Assembly (NCBI GenBank): GCA_048128005.1
Contig: JBEUKZ010000060.1
Coordinates: 248,001-312,000 of the forward strand
Direction of reading: 5' to 3'
Origin: Veleropilina oligotropha
Lineage: Eukaryota
Length of the DNA: 64,000 nt
The notes beneath the pieces are model-generated. The model had not been told where the DNA came from, ran no database searches, and was given only the letters and a program-made list of their open reading frames with translations. The position numbers and the translations under genes were made by a program. Of the stretch, positions 46,401 through 55,900 are shown piece after piece. Position 1 is the stretch's first letter, and each line of letters opens with the position of its first letter.

Positions 46401-49400
46401 TCGCAGTCCTCCATACCTGGCTGGTAAGAGCGGGTTTTCCTCCCGCGATAATTTGGACATCCAGCTGGTATGAACCTGAAGGTTGTTAAAACCACGTCAT
46501 TAAACATTGATCCAAACCGAACTAACTAATATGTTTGATGTTCTGATGGCACCATGTATATAATATAAAGTTTACATGCATGGCTGTTGTTTGTCTTGTA
46601 AAGTGTTGTCACTTCACGAATTCTGCATTTCAGATGTGGGCAATAATTATCGGGATTGCTGTTGTGATTATAATTATTATTGTTGGTAAGTGTAGGATTT
46701 TGTCCCTATTTATCTTGCTTGCGATGGGCGCGGTAAGTTTATATCCAAGGCAGTGCTTATTTCCATCATAATAGTACATTACATGTAATTGATTATGAGT
46801 AAATGCAATTAATTTTTATTTGTAAACATAAAGGAACTACCGTATTTGCTCAGGTTTAAGTCGACTCTGTTTATAAATCAACTCTCTTCCAACTTTTACC
46901 CTTTGACGGAGATATTTTTGTATGCCATGTGCATAAGATGACCACCTACTGTCAGACCTCATTGGTTCAAAATTATTCCTATTATTATATACTCCGATGG
47001 AAATAGGCACTAGATCATCTGTATCGGTACTGGGTTACTAATCAATGCTTGCCAATCTCGCGTAACATCATGTAGCCTTGATCTTCTCTTATTTAATACC
47101 TAGATAGCAACTAATAGTACTTGGTACATAACGAAATATGTATATATGCTATGTCTACCCATTTCAGTATTATGTATTTTTAAATGTGTAATGTTAAAAA
47201 GCATTATTTTAAAGTGTACTATTTTGTTGTGAATTGAACCCAAGTACATGCAAATATTTTGGTTTAAAAACTGTTGACTAAATTGCAATTATGTTGCAAA
47301 ATTATCAAGGTTATCAATATTCAGTATTAATATCTCGGATCTTTTTAAATTTCATTTATTAATAATAAATAACTTAAACTAACACATTTTTATGCCACCA
47401 CCAATTTATTGGGGTGGCATTTAGATTTACTCTTGTCCGTCCCGTCCCGTCCGTCCCGAAACCAGTATTTGCGTGTAAGCAACTCCAATCTGCTATAACT
47501 TCTATTTGCCTTCATGGATTGACTTGATACTTTGTACACTGCCCCTATGGTCAAGGCTGCCAGTGGGGGCATTCGTGTCCGATGGACATATTTCTAGTTT
47601 GTATTGTATTAATTACACAATTGAAATGTATATTTCTGAAATGGATAGACATTTAAAACATTCGTTTTGCTAAAATGATTTTAATGGCTTTGTACTAATT
47701 CTCTTGTTATGTTTCAATCAGTCTGGGTCGCAACCAAGTATGCTTGATGGTAATTCTGAATATAGTACTTAACAATGGTAGTTTATTTTTTAATTTTCTG
47801 TTCAGTTATGTAATAGTGTGTCCCTAATTTACTTATATTTCCACATTAGAATAGATTTGTGTATAGTATGCATGCTTTGGCGATATACACATAATTCACC
47901 CGTGAGATAATATGGAAGCCCAACCAATGTCATTTTGTTTTTAGGATTACGAAAATAAATTTCATTTCAATAAAACTTCTCCATCCAATAAATATATTGT
48001 TCTCAAACGTTTCAAACAATTGCTAACTTTTATTATAACAGGGTGTTTTATTACGTTATTAAAGACAACATCATGTAAATTGTTGTGGATAAACTACATT
48101 CAAACCATGTCACCTGTGCAGTTGACATGCTGTCCTCAATATCTATATAGATGCAGTGTAACTTTGATATTTATGCACATGCTAACAGCTTGTCCTGAAC
48201 ATATGGAATGGCTTTCCTATTATCGCACAGATATATGTACTTTAAGTATGTGTTTTCTCAATTTCTTCAAGAGCATGTTTAGATTTGAAGTGATAGCACC
48301 CCCCCCCCCCCCCCCTAGATACTGAAGATTCATCCCCATCCTCCTCGTAAGATCTCATCAGGAATTGTTCATCACCCCATGTGTATATTATGTTTCCATG
48401 GGGTTAGTTTCACTCTTCTTTTGTTTAATGAAACACTTCGGCTGAGGGTTATTCAACACCGCAATTTCTTATTAGGCCACCCCTTGTATAATCCTGAAGG
48501 GTAGTCACCGCAACTACTCATGTGCGTGGGTGGAAAAGACCATGTCTCCAAATTCAATATTTTGCCTGCTCTGCCTCCCCAAAAAATCTAAATCAAATCC
48601 TCGACCCGATGACTTTGTCGCAGGAACAGCCACATTTATGCATAACCTTTTAATCTGACCTTTCTACCCATAGTTATATGGATTCATTTACATACAGTAT
48701 ACTGTATCTCTGTATGTATACATATAAACTACGGCAATAACTTGAATAAGCATCAAGCTCATGTATATTCTGACTCCGGCATGGTGTCTGGCTGTCTGAG
48801 GTTTCCTTCCATGCTAATAAGGATAAAGACCCCTGGTTTGAATGACTCTAGATAGTGATGAATTAGGAATTAATCAGCAATCCTACCAACCAACACCGCA
48901 CAGGGATGAGAGAGTACATGTATTCAGTTTCTTGTGCATTTATGTAATGTTTATTGCCTCTTAATTTTAGAATGACCATGTCGTAGTTTTAGGTCATGTA
49001 AAATTAACTGTTGTTATGTATTTATGTTTTCTGTCTGGCAGCTATATCATATATTTTATAGACTAAAATGTCAAAGAGTCTGCTTCATTATTCATTATTG
49101 TTGCATGAAATTAACTTTCTTCTGTGATATATCCCAATTACTATCATTGAAGTCACAATAATAGTATTTATACTCTTGTATGGGTGAACCGTCCTTGGTT
49201 GTGGAGACCAAATATTTGTCATACTTTCCATCCCCTATGCACCCGTCCATTTTGATGGAAGACCTCATTTCATCGCCATTATTTCACACTCATGTGGATG
49301 AGTCTTCATCTGCTGAAGCTGGAGCCCTAGTCTGATTATGCATCCACAGACACCACATGACCTAGGGTTTGATATGGATTTATGTGTGTGTGACCTATGT

Positions 49401-49934
49401 TGGTGAAGTGTAGTGGATTATGCATCCTCTGGATGCACAGTCCAGTAGTGTGTGAATATGAGTCAGAGTGATGGCGAGTTTGGGGAAGGATCAGAAAGAT
49501 CACCATTACATGCTAATACTTGATGTTATCTGCGGTTACCCTTTTGTTATCCACGATTACTCTTGTTATCACGTGCAACATGTGAAGTTGTCAGGGATAT
49601 ATAAAACGAGATCCGACCGATGACTATGTCTTCTGGTGCCCTTTTCCACCACCTCATTCCATTCCCTATGCTGTAACTCCTCATTCCATCCACATTTTAG
49701 CTGTAACAAATCCATTGCAAAATTGTTTCTTATTGCTTTTACAGTGAACATTGCATTATTCAGTATTATTCATGTCCATTTATGATGATCGACACCAGAC
49801 ACCTCTAACTATGCTTGCTATCACTGCTCGCGATGTATGTCATGTATGTTGGATACAATGTAACGTTATTCTTTTATGTTGCAGTGTGGGCAGTGGAGTC
49901 TAACAAATCGTCGAGCCCGACTCCCAGCCCCTGA
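17508..49934 (+). CDS. VAMP: Synaptobrevin / VAMP (R-SNARE) gene, spliced
   Basis: Exons 17508-17509 (AT|gtaagt), 38183-38218, 41486-41567, 42066-42144 and 43214-43293 join in frame with GT-AG borders to give [93 protein letters not shown], followed by TM and terminal exons. The first exon is the least certain. Confidence 0.9.
21824..23668. repeat. ~1.85-kb compound (CT/CA/CTCG) microsatellite
   Basis: Directly visible low-complexity tract; its counterpart in the other arm is a short (GA)n at 25340-25421. Confidence 0.97.
24090..24862 (+). pseudogene. Penelope-like retroelement RT remnant
   Basis: [76 protein letters not shown]; contains stops and deletions. Confidence 0.8.
27703..28197. 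repeat. 34-bp minisatellite (~14 copies) with degenerate flanking units
   Basis: Unit cctgtggattctccatgctgactgcaacctaaac; looser related units at 27335-27700. Confidence 0.95.
28731..29104. mobile_element. MITE with CAGGGTTCGTAC TIRs and TATAAT target duplication (hAT-like ends)
   Basis: cagggttcgtac ... gtacgaaccctg, flanked by tataat at 28725-28730 and 29105-29110. Confidence 0.8.
30132..32363 (+). CDS. DIRS ORF1 (Gag-like) with N-terminal Cys/His zinc finger
   Basis: MVRCSSSGC...[34 protein letters not shown]; basic C-terminus. Confidence 0.85.
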   Translation: MVRCSSSGCNQKIHVFDRHKECCTHRSCSIHHQCDLCFLLSDKQWATLSHHGKSTRATATVGPPQEKGQEETGKLPNVSSLSASGTLDDSRHKGTSVAGSTGETSATLGRVTETLPVPKIQVKTRVSTDPPKPGLVAAVSHTLPASKVYMTAQRTAVQGRPSPSFSSASKNKGTVSPSAGNSPSSYGDRPNAEKAFKEAGHLLVGLRLRQSAKPESSVENDATSPRGFPLNLEAHETFRGPGLSRAPTVVTLENVDRPAAFGTGFYGGFPSVPRSNRVVDRSELLPQSYRSSGPLTAPPGQSFGFDPSTSARGPWSSVRPVNAARLPSATVTSTELPAVSSSPVLPPGFSFENVQAWIAAGIEERCKAWPTAPEPHLVPTLLPMAQSTAPASVIDIDPRSDEDLCSNHTDLPESVGSEDISLTGTQEPTSSTRRRLDAVASLRGVLGLSEPTRSAVDVAKHRTAAHRFVAREAPELPSLPQSGLVDLVVDSITKLVQGRNPVESSPLNEFPSGFRSGRYLRASTRAIPFECTGPCLATEPARVDASLRRLTASHPPSVAKVPWSALEAFESSARRALRLSSVQDFFLDGAIAVLQENGPGATEAALSFLQEVAAAQETSALETGRVLGNALLLRRDACLEGTSLDEPTRRSLRCVPCSATTLFGDNFTEFVDKRAADIKDRAIEKAVLLPTRGPPANSKKRSGPTPAPKPSSGGRPPANKPTPKRRAPPAKSRKQSGIGKPRP
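32347..34437 (+). CDS. DIRS ORF2: reverse transcriptase - RNase H - Dam-like methyltransferase domain
   Basis: [52 protein letters not shown]...YAFPP. The frame opens after TAG 32344-32346; there is no ATG near its start. Confidence 0.95.
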   Translation, partial: GSLGPRAAGIRDGPSCPLPPVGACLLAHSQPWLELTDSNWVHLVVSAGYKLAFNRHPTLTEAPPTRHARLLNGEKQAVLDQAVRDLLLKRAIYPAPPSTPGFYSHFFLVPKPDGRWRPILDLSYLNLYLRTEKFQQETLSKIRAAIRPGDWAASIDLADAYLHVPMHITAHQYLRFIHGETIYQFRCLPFGLSSAPYVFTRTVQALGAFLHSLGHRVHMYLDDWLILGASRDLCLRSTSFTLSSTKRLGFQINETKSCFVPSTTFTFLGVDFDTVRYTAKPTQKRMRNLRAVIQDTLSSDITTARQLATVLGHIESVAPLLPTGRMDKRPLQQAFRDRWIQRTGQWKDRIDLRHWFTDTTAVWLNPALPDQSVPISPPEPNAYLFTDASNDGWGGHLDSYETSGLWPTDLQGRHINFLELEAVYLSVRSLSSHLRNKHIMLATDNTTVVAYIQHQGGTRSRPLCDRAIDLHRLVMSLNSTIRARHIPGKLNVRADSLSRRSQIIHTEWTLHSRVAREVCRRWSQPQVDLFATEFNYRLPLYVSPYPDPAALAVDAMSMTWENLSAYAFPPTCILSLVLQKAATERCEITLIAPLYRTQPWFPTLLDLIVDRPLALPQKLDLLMQPRTRVLHESPNHLRLHAWRLSNDPLLRKDFLKLQPYVSTDREGFPLQKSMTTDGLSTWIGVTAGRSIYSVPL
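32364..35348 (+). CDS. DIRS ORF3: tyrosine recombinase, with long N-terminal overlap of ORF2
   Basis: ASGRRCSEI (R), CPVRAL, RAHEVRA (HxxR), GYW, HYL (Y). Same frame as gag, directly after its stop. Confidence 0.92.
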   Translation, partial: GCRHSRRPQLPAPAGGSVPVSTQPALARADRQQLGPLSRECRIQVGIQPASDLNRGTTNKTRSTPKRRETSGLRPGSAGFAPKKSDISRAAQHTRILQPFLPGPETRWPLETDPRSLVLKPISSYREIPARNPLEDSSGHPSGRLGSVYRSRRRVSACPDAYHGSSVPSVYTRGDDLPIQVPTVRSIVSPVRLHENSTGPGGLPTLSRAQGTYVPRRLADPRGVPRSVPPVYELYPVIDEAPGISDQRDKILLRALDDVYVPRSRLRYGPVHREADPEAYAEPTRGYPRHPVIGHNYGATTGHCPGAHRVGSAPATDGSHGQKTVTTGFQGSLDTTDGAVEGSHRSTALVYRHDSSVVEPRFAGPVGSYIPTRAERLPVHRRFERRLGWSPRQLRDIRPMADRPSGTTYQLPRVRSRLPVSTVPLVTSPQQAYNARHGQHDCRRLHTAPGRYTLASPMRPSNRPTPLSDVPQLDDSSPTHPGKAECQSGFALSEITDYTHRMDATQPSSSGGLPPVVATPSRLVCNRIQLPTTSVCLPVPRPGRPGGRRNVNDMGESVRVCLPPDVHSITGITEGSDRTLRDNANSAPVSHATLVSDPPRSDRRSTVSVTAETRPVNATTHPCTPRVAEPLTFTRLAVIERSLAKKGFSKATALRIYRSRRISTTKVYDYRWVKYVDWCHSRQINILRPPVNKFIEFLSSLFDRGMSVSAVKGYRATIATTLKQCRAHAGLSSDRTISDFIRSYELEIPTRRIKPPAWNIVLILNALLLPPYEPMSEITMRNLTHKTVFLIALASGRRCSEIHAFSSELRDIRFQSDGSVILRPILGFLAKNQRPNEDAPDVVIPKLTLVGRRDADRFNCPVRALRFYLDRTRELRQGKLRLFISYLPTYTRDITRTTVSRWISQTVRDVYIRCDDDDRTILSVRAHEVRAIAASVAFRHNLNINALLQAGYWKNANVFVKHYLRDYSTGADGLSSLHCVAAQRVIVRPRSSNQ
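36183..36273. other. DIRS internal complementary region (ICR)
   Basis: Reverse complement equals the right terminus (...attaaaacctcat) joined to the left terminus (atatagttacaaacatacttacgtccttactcttgcca). Confidence 0.93.
37259..37351. repeat. Long imperfect palindrome (Crypton-like non-autonomous element end)
   Basis: tgactgttatttcggtgaatataatgatttatccacc ... ggtggataaatcattatattcaccgaaaaaacagtca. Confidence 0.75.
38183..38218 (+). CDS. VAMP: VAMP exon 2 (36 nt, frame-preserving)
   Basis: tttcgcag|G TCC CAG AAT CCA CAA GCT GGC CCT GGT GGT CCT CC|gtaagt. Confidence 0.75.
40717..40818. repeat. Perfect 42-bp-stem palindrome
   Basis: gttaacccacatgggactgttgattcttgaaaaataatgcac - 18-nt loop - exact reverse complement. 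Confidence 0.95.
41486..43293 (+). CDS. VAMP: VAMP SNARE-domain exons (41486-41567, 42066-42144, 43214-43293)
   Basis: Encode [11 protein letters not shown] / [26 protein letters not shown] / [27 protein letters not shown] with canonical splice sites. Confidence 0.97.
43020..43192 (+). repeat. tRNA-derived SINE-like repeat (related copies ~43520-43660, 46425-46520, 53450-53685; inverted partial copy 53104-53215)
   Basis: B-box-like gggttcgaacc; shared core tttcctcccgcgataa..gacatgtcctg..aaatatacaggacattaagc. Confidence 0.55.
43925..43976 (+). CDS. VAMP: VAMP transmembrane exon A (52 nt)
   Basis: tttag|[17 protein letters not shown]+G|gtgagt. Confidence 0.9.
44800..45296 (+). repeat. Local tandem duplication with internal deletion
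   Basis: 44800-44975 copies 43956-44131; 44974-45296 copies 44479-44801. A related hairpin element lies at ~50452-50946. Confidence 0.9.
46634..46685 (+). CDS. VAMP: VAMP transmembrane exon B (52 nt), alternative to exon A
   Basis: tttcag|[17 protein letters not shown]+G|gtaagt; same length and phases as exon A. Confidence 0.85.
47388..47599 (+). mobile_element. Helentron/HINE-like short element (similar elements ~39340-39805, 54637-55145, and 17900-18215 on minus)
   Basis: Starts in a T-run, has subterminal IR atgccacc..ggtggcat, a (ccgt)n microsatellite and a 3' stem-loop tgtcc..ggaca, and ends ctagttt. Confidence 0.5.
47722..47747 (+). CDS. VAMP: VAMP alternative terminal/mini exon (VWVATKYA*, or splice at aa|gtatgc)
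   Basis: aatcag|TC TGG GTC GCA ACC AAG TAT GCT TGA completes the phase-1 Val codon, giving the expected ...IVW. Confidence 0.6.
49885..49934 (+). CDS. VAMP: VAMP alternative terminal exon ([16 protein letters not shown])
   Basis: ttgcag|TG TGG GCA GTG GAG...CCC TGA; AATAAA at ~50123. Confidence 0.7.
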
Positions 49935-52900
49935 CCTGTCGACCAGCCCCTCATTTGAATACACCTGTATGGATGTACATCTACTTCAACTACCTGTTAA
50001 TGGAGAGGGTATCGTGTATAGACTGCTCACCTCACAGAATATAGTCCTATCTTCATTAATTTGATGTCGGTTTCTATTTATAATTTATTCCATTGCATAT
50101 CTGTGGTATTGTACATTTACTAAATAAAACACTGCAAGTACTAAAGTAACAGTTGTATAGCAACGTTCGTTGTTCCTTTCTGAGATAACAGTGTAGTATT
50201 TTACATGATGATGAAGAATCGTAGTAGCAGTATTTCTATCATATATGATCCATTTTAAATGCAATATGACGTCTTCCATTGTTTGGCAGTGGCTTGATTT
50301 TGACTCTGCTTGTTACATAAAATACGAATCTCAGACTCTGCTATCATTTCTTGCTTGGATTTTTATGAGGGGACCAGTCTATAGGACGGCTCAGAAGCCA
50401 AACTGTGTATCACACATTATCGTGCGCATTGTAAATCACATGTCTACGTAATTAACGTTATCCTGGGGTGGAGAGTTTGATACATACGTTTATCCTGTGA
50501 CCTTGAAAATATCATACGAGACGAAGTAGAGTGTTGTATTATAGCGAACAGGATAAACGTACGTATCAAATGAGACGCCACAGGGTAGCATTTTTATTTT
50601 CATTTCATTTTTTAAAAATCTTATTTTATATGATTGTCAATGCTGAACAATCACTAAGCAATGAATAACGTCATGTAAAATGCACCTTTTGGGTTATTCT
50701 AATGGCAAAATAACCTGGATATTCGAAAAGCTGACCAATAGTTTAGTCGTATACATTCATTATATATGATTGAATCTCAAAAGAATATTTGAAAATACAT
50801 GATTATCTTTGGCAGTAGCGAAATAACGTCTAGCAGACGACGCATAGTTTGATACGAAAATGTCGAGTTTGACATCAGTATTTGTCAAACTTCATGTGAC
50901 GTCACTTTGACCAACAGACGTCGCTGATTTCGCGAAATGAAAATAATAACCGAGGTTGGCAAATTATTCCATTAATTTATGTTTCGTCAATGTTTTATTT
51001 AATTCTGACAAGATGCATTTAATAATTGTGTGCATTTATAAGATACAGAATATGATGTTGTAGGAGGGTAATGAATAGAGCTTGATCTGGGCTGTGTTGT
51101 AAAACGCCAAGCGATTATTAAAGTGCTTTGTCTTACAACGACCCGCTGAAGTTCAGCCGATTGCAATCGCTTGTTAGCCCTTTAGTGAGATACTTATTTT
51201 GCGCTTGCAAGATGGCCGCCTCTATCGGTCTCTGAAGCCAGTACTATAAACATGAAAATTTCAATTGAAGCAACTGTTGACAGCGCGAAACATTGTCATA
51301 TGGTCATATATTGATTTTAGTAAATACAAATTAAAACGATTATTAAGAAAGAATAAATTATTTTCATAAAATATAAACTAAATTATTACCATTCTGCTCC
51401 TGATATACTTTGATCTCGTTCTATATAAAATTGTATCGTAGCTTATCCTGTGTGAATAATTGTCCAAGTTTCTTATTACAAACAAATAGTTTATTCATGA
51501 AATCAGAATGTTTACCCGCCATTTTGTAAGCGATTACATGTCGTTGTAACGGTTATGTCAGCGCTAATGAAGCGATTGTCAGTTTACAACGCACCCCAGA
51601 TCTTCATAAGATGCCCAGGTTTTTTAAGCAACATTATAAATAAGCTAATACTAATATAGAATAAGGGTTGCCACTGGACACTTACATTAATTTTGCCCCA
51701 AGCAGTGGTTGTCATCTGTTATGTCCTGGCAAAAATAATGATTTTACGAGCCAGTTGATCCACACCATGTAAAATATATATGGTCATTGGGTTGCAATCG
51801 TATACCTGTGCGCTGAGTAATGTCTTGATTGATTCACACAATATCGATATAGGTATTGCGAATTTTATTTATTTGGACACTATTTATTATTTAATCAATC
51901 CACTCTCTAATATTGTTTGGTTCATTTTATTTCACCATAACTCAGTTATTCCACAGGGCTGTTTTGTAAATATGAGCATTATATAACATTATTATATATA
52001 TATGTGTATAGTTCCATGATAAGTATATAATATAAATATATCTGTGTATTTGCTGACTGTTTGTTATTGTGTTACTTTCTAATGTTGTTGATTTCAGATT
52101 ACTTCAATGACGTGTGTATATATATTATTATATATTATAATATGCATATTAGACAGATGCATCTTATTTTCGTAACATTAAGATATGTTCACCATTGCTG
52201 TATTTTAGAAGCTATAACAGATTCATAAGCCGCCCATTAAACTTAAAAATTTCATTAAAGATCATATAAACTGTATTATTCCTTATTATATAATTCGCAA
52301 TCGGGGTGAGTTTCTTGAAGCAACGAACGAATTAACTGATTTTGCATCCCATACTGAATTCAATATTCATTTAAATGTCATTCGAAATTATTTGATGCAG
52401 ACTTCGGACAACTTTTTGGCAATCCCAATCCACAACAGTTATTACTGGTTTATATCAGTCATGGTTCTCGGTTATCGATGGAGATCACACAATATTCCCA
52501 TGATGATACCTTGATATGACGACGATTTTAAACTCTAAATTAAACATTGTTTTCAAATGTATTGTGCAATTAAAACATTTGGTTCTTTCATAATTTCATG
52601 GATATATCAACACCTGTAAACATTTTATTATATAGCAAAATATGGTATGGACTAGATTTATAGTCACTTTTGTTATAAATATGTAGTAGTTGTTGTGCTT
52701 TTCCTCTCTCTAATTTGTTTAAACAGCTAAATATTAGTTTAGTGTCAATAAAATGCAATCTGTATTCACTATGAGTTTTGTTGTGTCTTTTCTCCTGTTT
52801 TCGTAGTAGTATGTTTGGGTCGATACATGGTGTCCCATTATAACAGCATTCAGTGTCGTACTAGGAAATGGCCACATTTTCGTATTTTGTGTGTGCATGA

Positions 52901-55900
52901 TGTCAGAATGCGTGAACCGCACCCTGGTTAAATGCAAACCCCTTTTGACAGGAAACTGTCTAAACAATAACTGGATTCCGCATTTGTATCGCATACACTG
53001 AGGATAGACTTGTATCTGCAAGTGTCCTAGTACTCCTACAGATATTGCAGGAACCGTTCAGGTGAGACATGACTGGATTGTGTTGGATAGAATTGATGGT
53101 TAATTAATGCCCTGTATATTTACAACCCTGTATATTTACAACCATCAGGTTCAAAGCAGGACATGTCAAAATTATCGCGGAAAGAAAGTCCGTCGCCCCG
53201 AGAACCCCGCTCTCTTCGACCAGTTACAAACAAATAATTCCATTGTCCCAACCATATGGTCCCAACCGAGATTCCAACCAACTACTGTTCGTGTCAGCAG
53301 CTGAATCGAGCCAGTGATTTCAGAGTATGCAACCGAAACCACATGACTATCGGAGTGGCCGACATGACTGGAACATGGGGACATGGAGAAATATATAGTA
53401 GTCGAATAACAGCTAGGTTCCTAGGCCTGTTGCACATCACAGAGGCAGCTGCAGTGGGTAAGAGTGTCCATTCCAAATTCACTGGCTTGATTCCGCTAAT
53501 GCGAAGTGGTGGGTTCAATACCTGGCTGAGGCATTGACATTTGTTCAAGTTATGAATCACAGTTGTCTACGACTGTCCGAAGAGGGCGGGTTTACCCGGG
53601 CAACTGGGGTTTCCTCCCGCGATAACACGGACATGTCCTGCCTTGAACCTCGATGTTGTAAATATACAGAACATTAAGCATCATTCCTCCTCCGCACATA
53701 ACAGATGAATGTATTCGAGTCAAGAGGTTCCAAAACGTCTACATACACACCCAGGAACATATGTCCTACATTCCCATTTGTTGGTAGCTAGATTGCATGG
53801 TTCTCAGATCTGGTGTTGCCTGTCCCACGACTATATCAAATGTTCAGCGAAATCTGATGGTTGACGGGTACAGGCGTGAAATCATGAATCCGGTTTTTGT
53901 AGAGCAATTATTTAATGATCACCTCCTGGCTACCAGACCAGTCAACAAGGGATAATAATTAATGCAATACCATACTGGGCTCGAGAATTAACAGTTTCAA
54001 CTTTATGTAACAGAATGCCACCAAGAATGGGTTAGATGGCATATTGCCAAGTCTTGTTAAAATGAAAGGCGAGCCTACTTTGTAAATATGACTGAAAGAT
54101 GCCGTCTAATCAACTTGGAAGCTCCTGTCATTTCTCATCACTAATTAATTCTTATTGCCAAATTTTACAAACTGTTTATTTTAACAAAACGTATTCGAAT
54201 TCATTACTTAATATTGTGATCATTATATTAAAATAATACAGATAAAGACAACCTGTCACCCCTCTTCCAAATTAATAATTGGTTAGGTATCGCAAACAAA
54301 AGGGTTGACAGAGTGTCGTCATCAATAAGTGACAAGAAATACGCCTTTTTCATTGGTCAGCTGGAGGTAGTCTACACATTCTTTGTATCGAGAAAATTAT
54401 AAAACAAACACGATTTACAAGTATGTACTAGCTCTATACTCAGCTTATTTTACACTGATCGATGCGCAAACAGCGTCAGATGCTTGTTTTCAGTGGTAAC
54501 AAACAATGAATTATTAGGAAAGATTGTCATAATATGCCGATTAAAAGTCTATATAAGACTCTTATGCTCAGATATGTACAATTTATAATCGTTCTCCGTT
54601 GTGTATGAATCGTTCATAATCTTGATCATGGGTGGTTTTTGTCTCGCCCGAAGGGAAAGAGACAGGTATTGCTCTTCAGTCGACGACGGCGTCATCAACA
54701 ATTGTTAATGTTTTGCGTTCAGCTCTATTTCTCAAAAAGTAGATGTTCTAGATCAACATAATTTGGACCATAGATGCTTCGTGGGCACTTGTTTACTGAA
54801 TGCTTGATATATATAACCTAGATTTTATGTCCCATGACTTTGTCATTGTAATAGTAATCTGTGTTTAGTATTTACGTTTAGTTTTTGCGTTTAGCTCTGT
54901 TTTTCACAAAGTATAAGTTCTAGATCAACATAACTTGAACCATAGATGCTTCATGGGCACTGTTGTTTAATGAATGCTTCTGATGCTTGATATATAATCT
55001 AGATTTTCTTTACCATGACTTGATCATCATAGTAATCTGTGTTAAGTTTTTGAGTTTAGCTCGGTTTCTCAAAAGGTATGAGTTCTAGATGCTTCTTAAG
55101 TGTATGAGCTGAGGGAGGCACATACATATTAATCCTTCGGATTCCCCCCCAAAAAAAATTATGAAGAAATTACATGATTTATTTTTGCTATGCCTATACA
55201 CTAATAGTCATTATAGCAGTTATTGTGAAAAGTTGAATTATGCTTTGAAACATTGAGGATAGAAAAGGAGCAGATATAGTTGTGTAAGGGACATATGCTT
55301 ATCTGTAAGACTTGCTCACTGCCTATAGGCATAGTAAGCCGTTAAGCTTAATGGTCACTCTGAGAATTAAGCTGGGATTATCAAAATCAGATGGATTTTG
55401 AAAACTGGCTTCCCCATTGGGTTATTCCATGGGTATCTTGAGATGGCAGTATATATTTCCATAACAAGAACAGACTGTATCCAGTGTCTAATATCACCCT
55501 CCTCAACTGGTCAAGGTTCAAGTCCTATCAAGTTATATCCCCGGACTATTGTATGGATACTATTTTGTCATAGTTTGGCTGCTAAATATGTTTAATCTCG
55601 ATTATATAATAATAAAAAAAATTCTTTGTTTCTGTTTCTCTGAAACTAATTAAGTCTTACAATAACTATATATTAGGATCAGCACTGCATATAGGTAGTA
55701 CTTCTGAATTCTTACTTTACAAACTGAAAATGTGGCCATTTTCAAAGTAAGCGGGGATGGGTGAGATATAATTCCTCAGAATTTGTTGCCTTATATTATT
55801 GTGGATTTATATCTAATTCTGTATTGATTGAAGTGAAACTAGAGTTATCTCCCGTTTAGCGTAACTCATAATTGCAGTTAAACGTAATAGAAGACTGCTG

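Noticed and set aside
51950..52110. Further VAMP terminal exons (KAVL* or KLLQ*) after the 47722 mini-exon
   Set aside because: Only generic AG acceptors; cannot be supported without transcripts.
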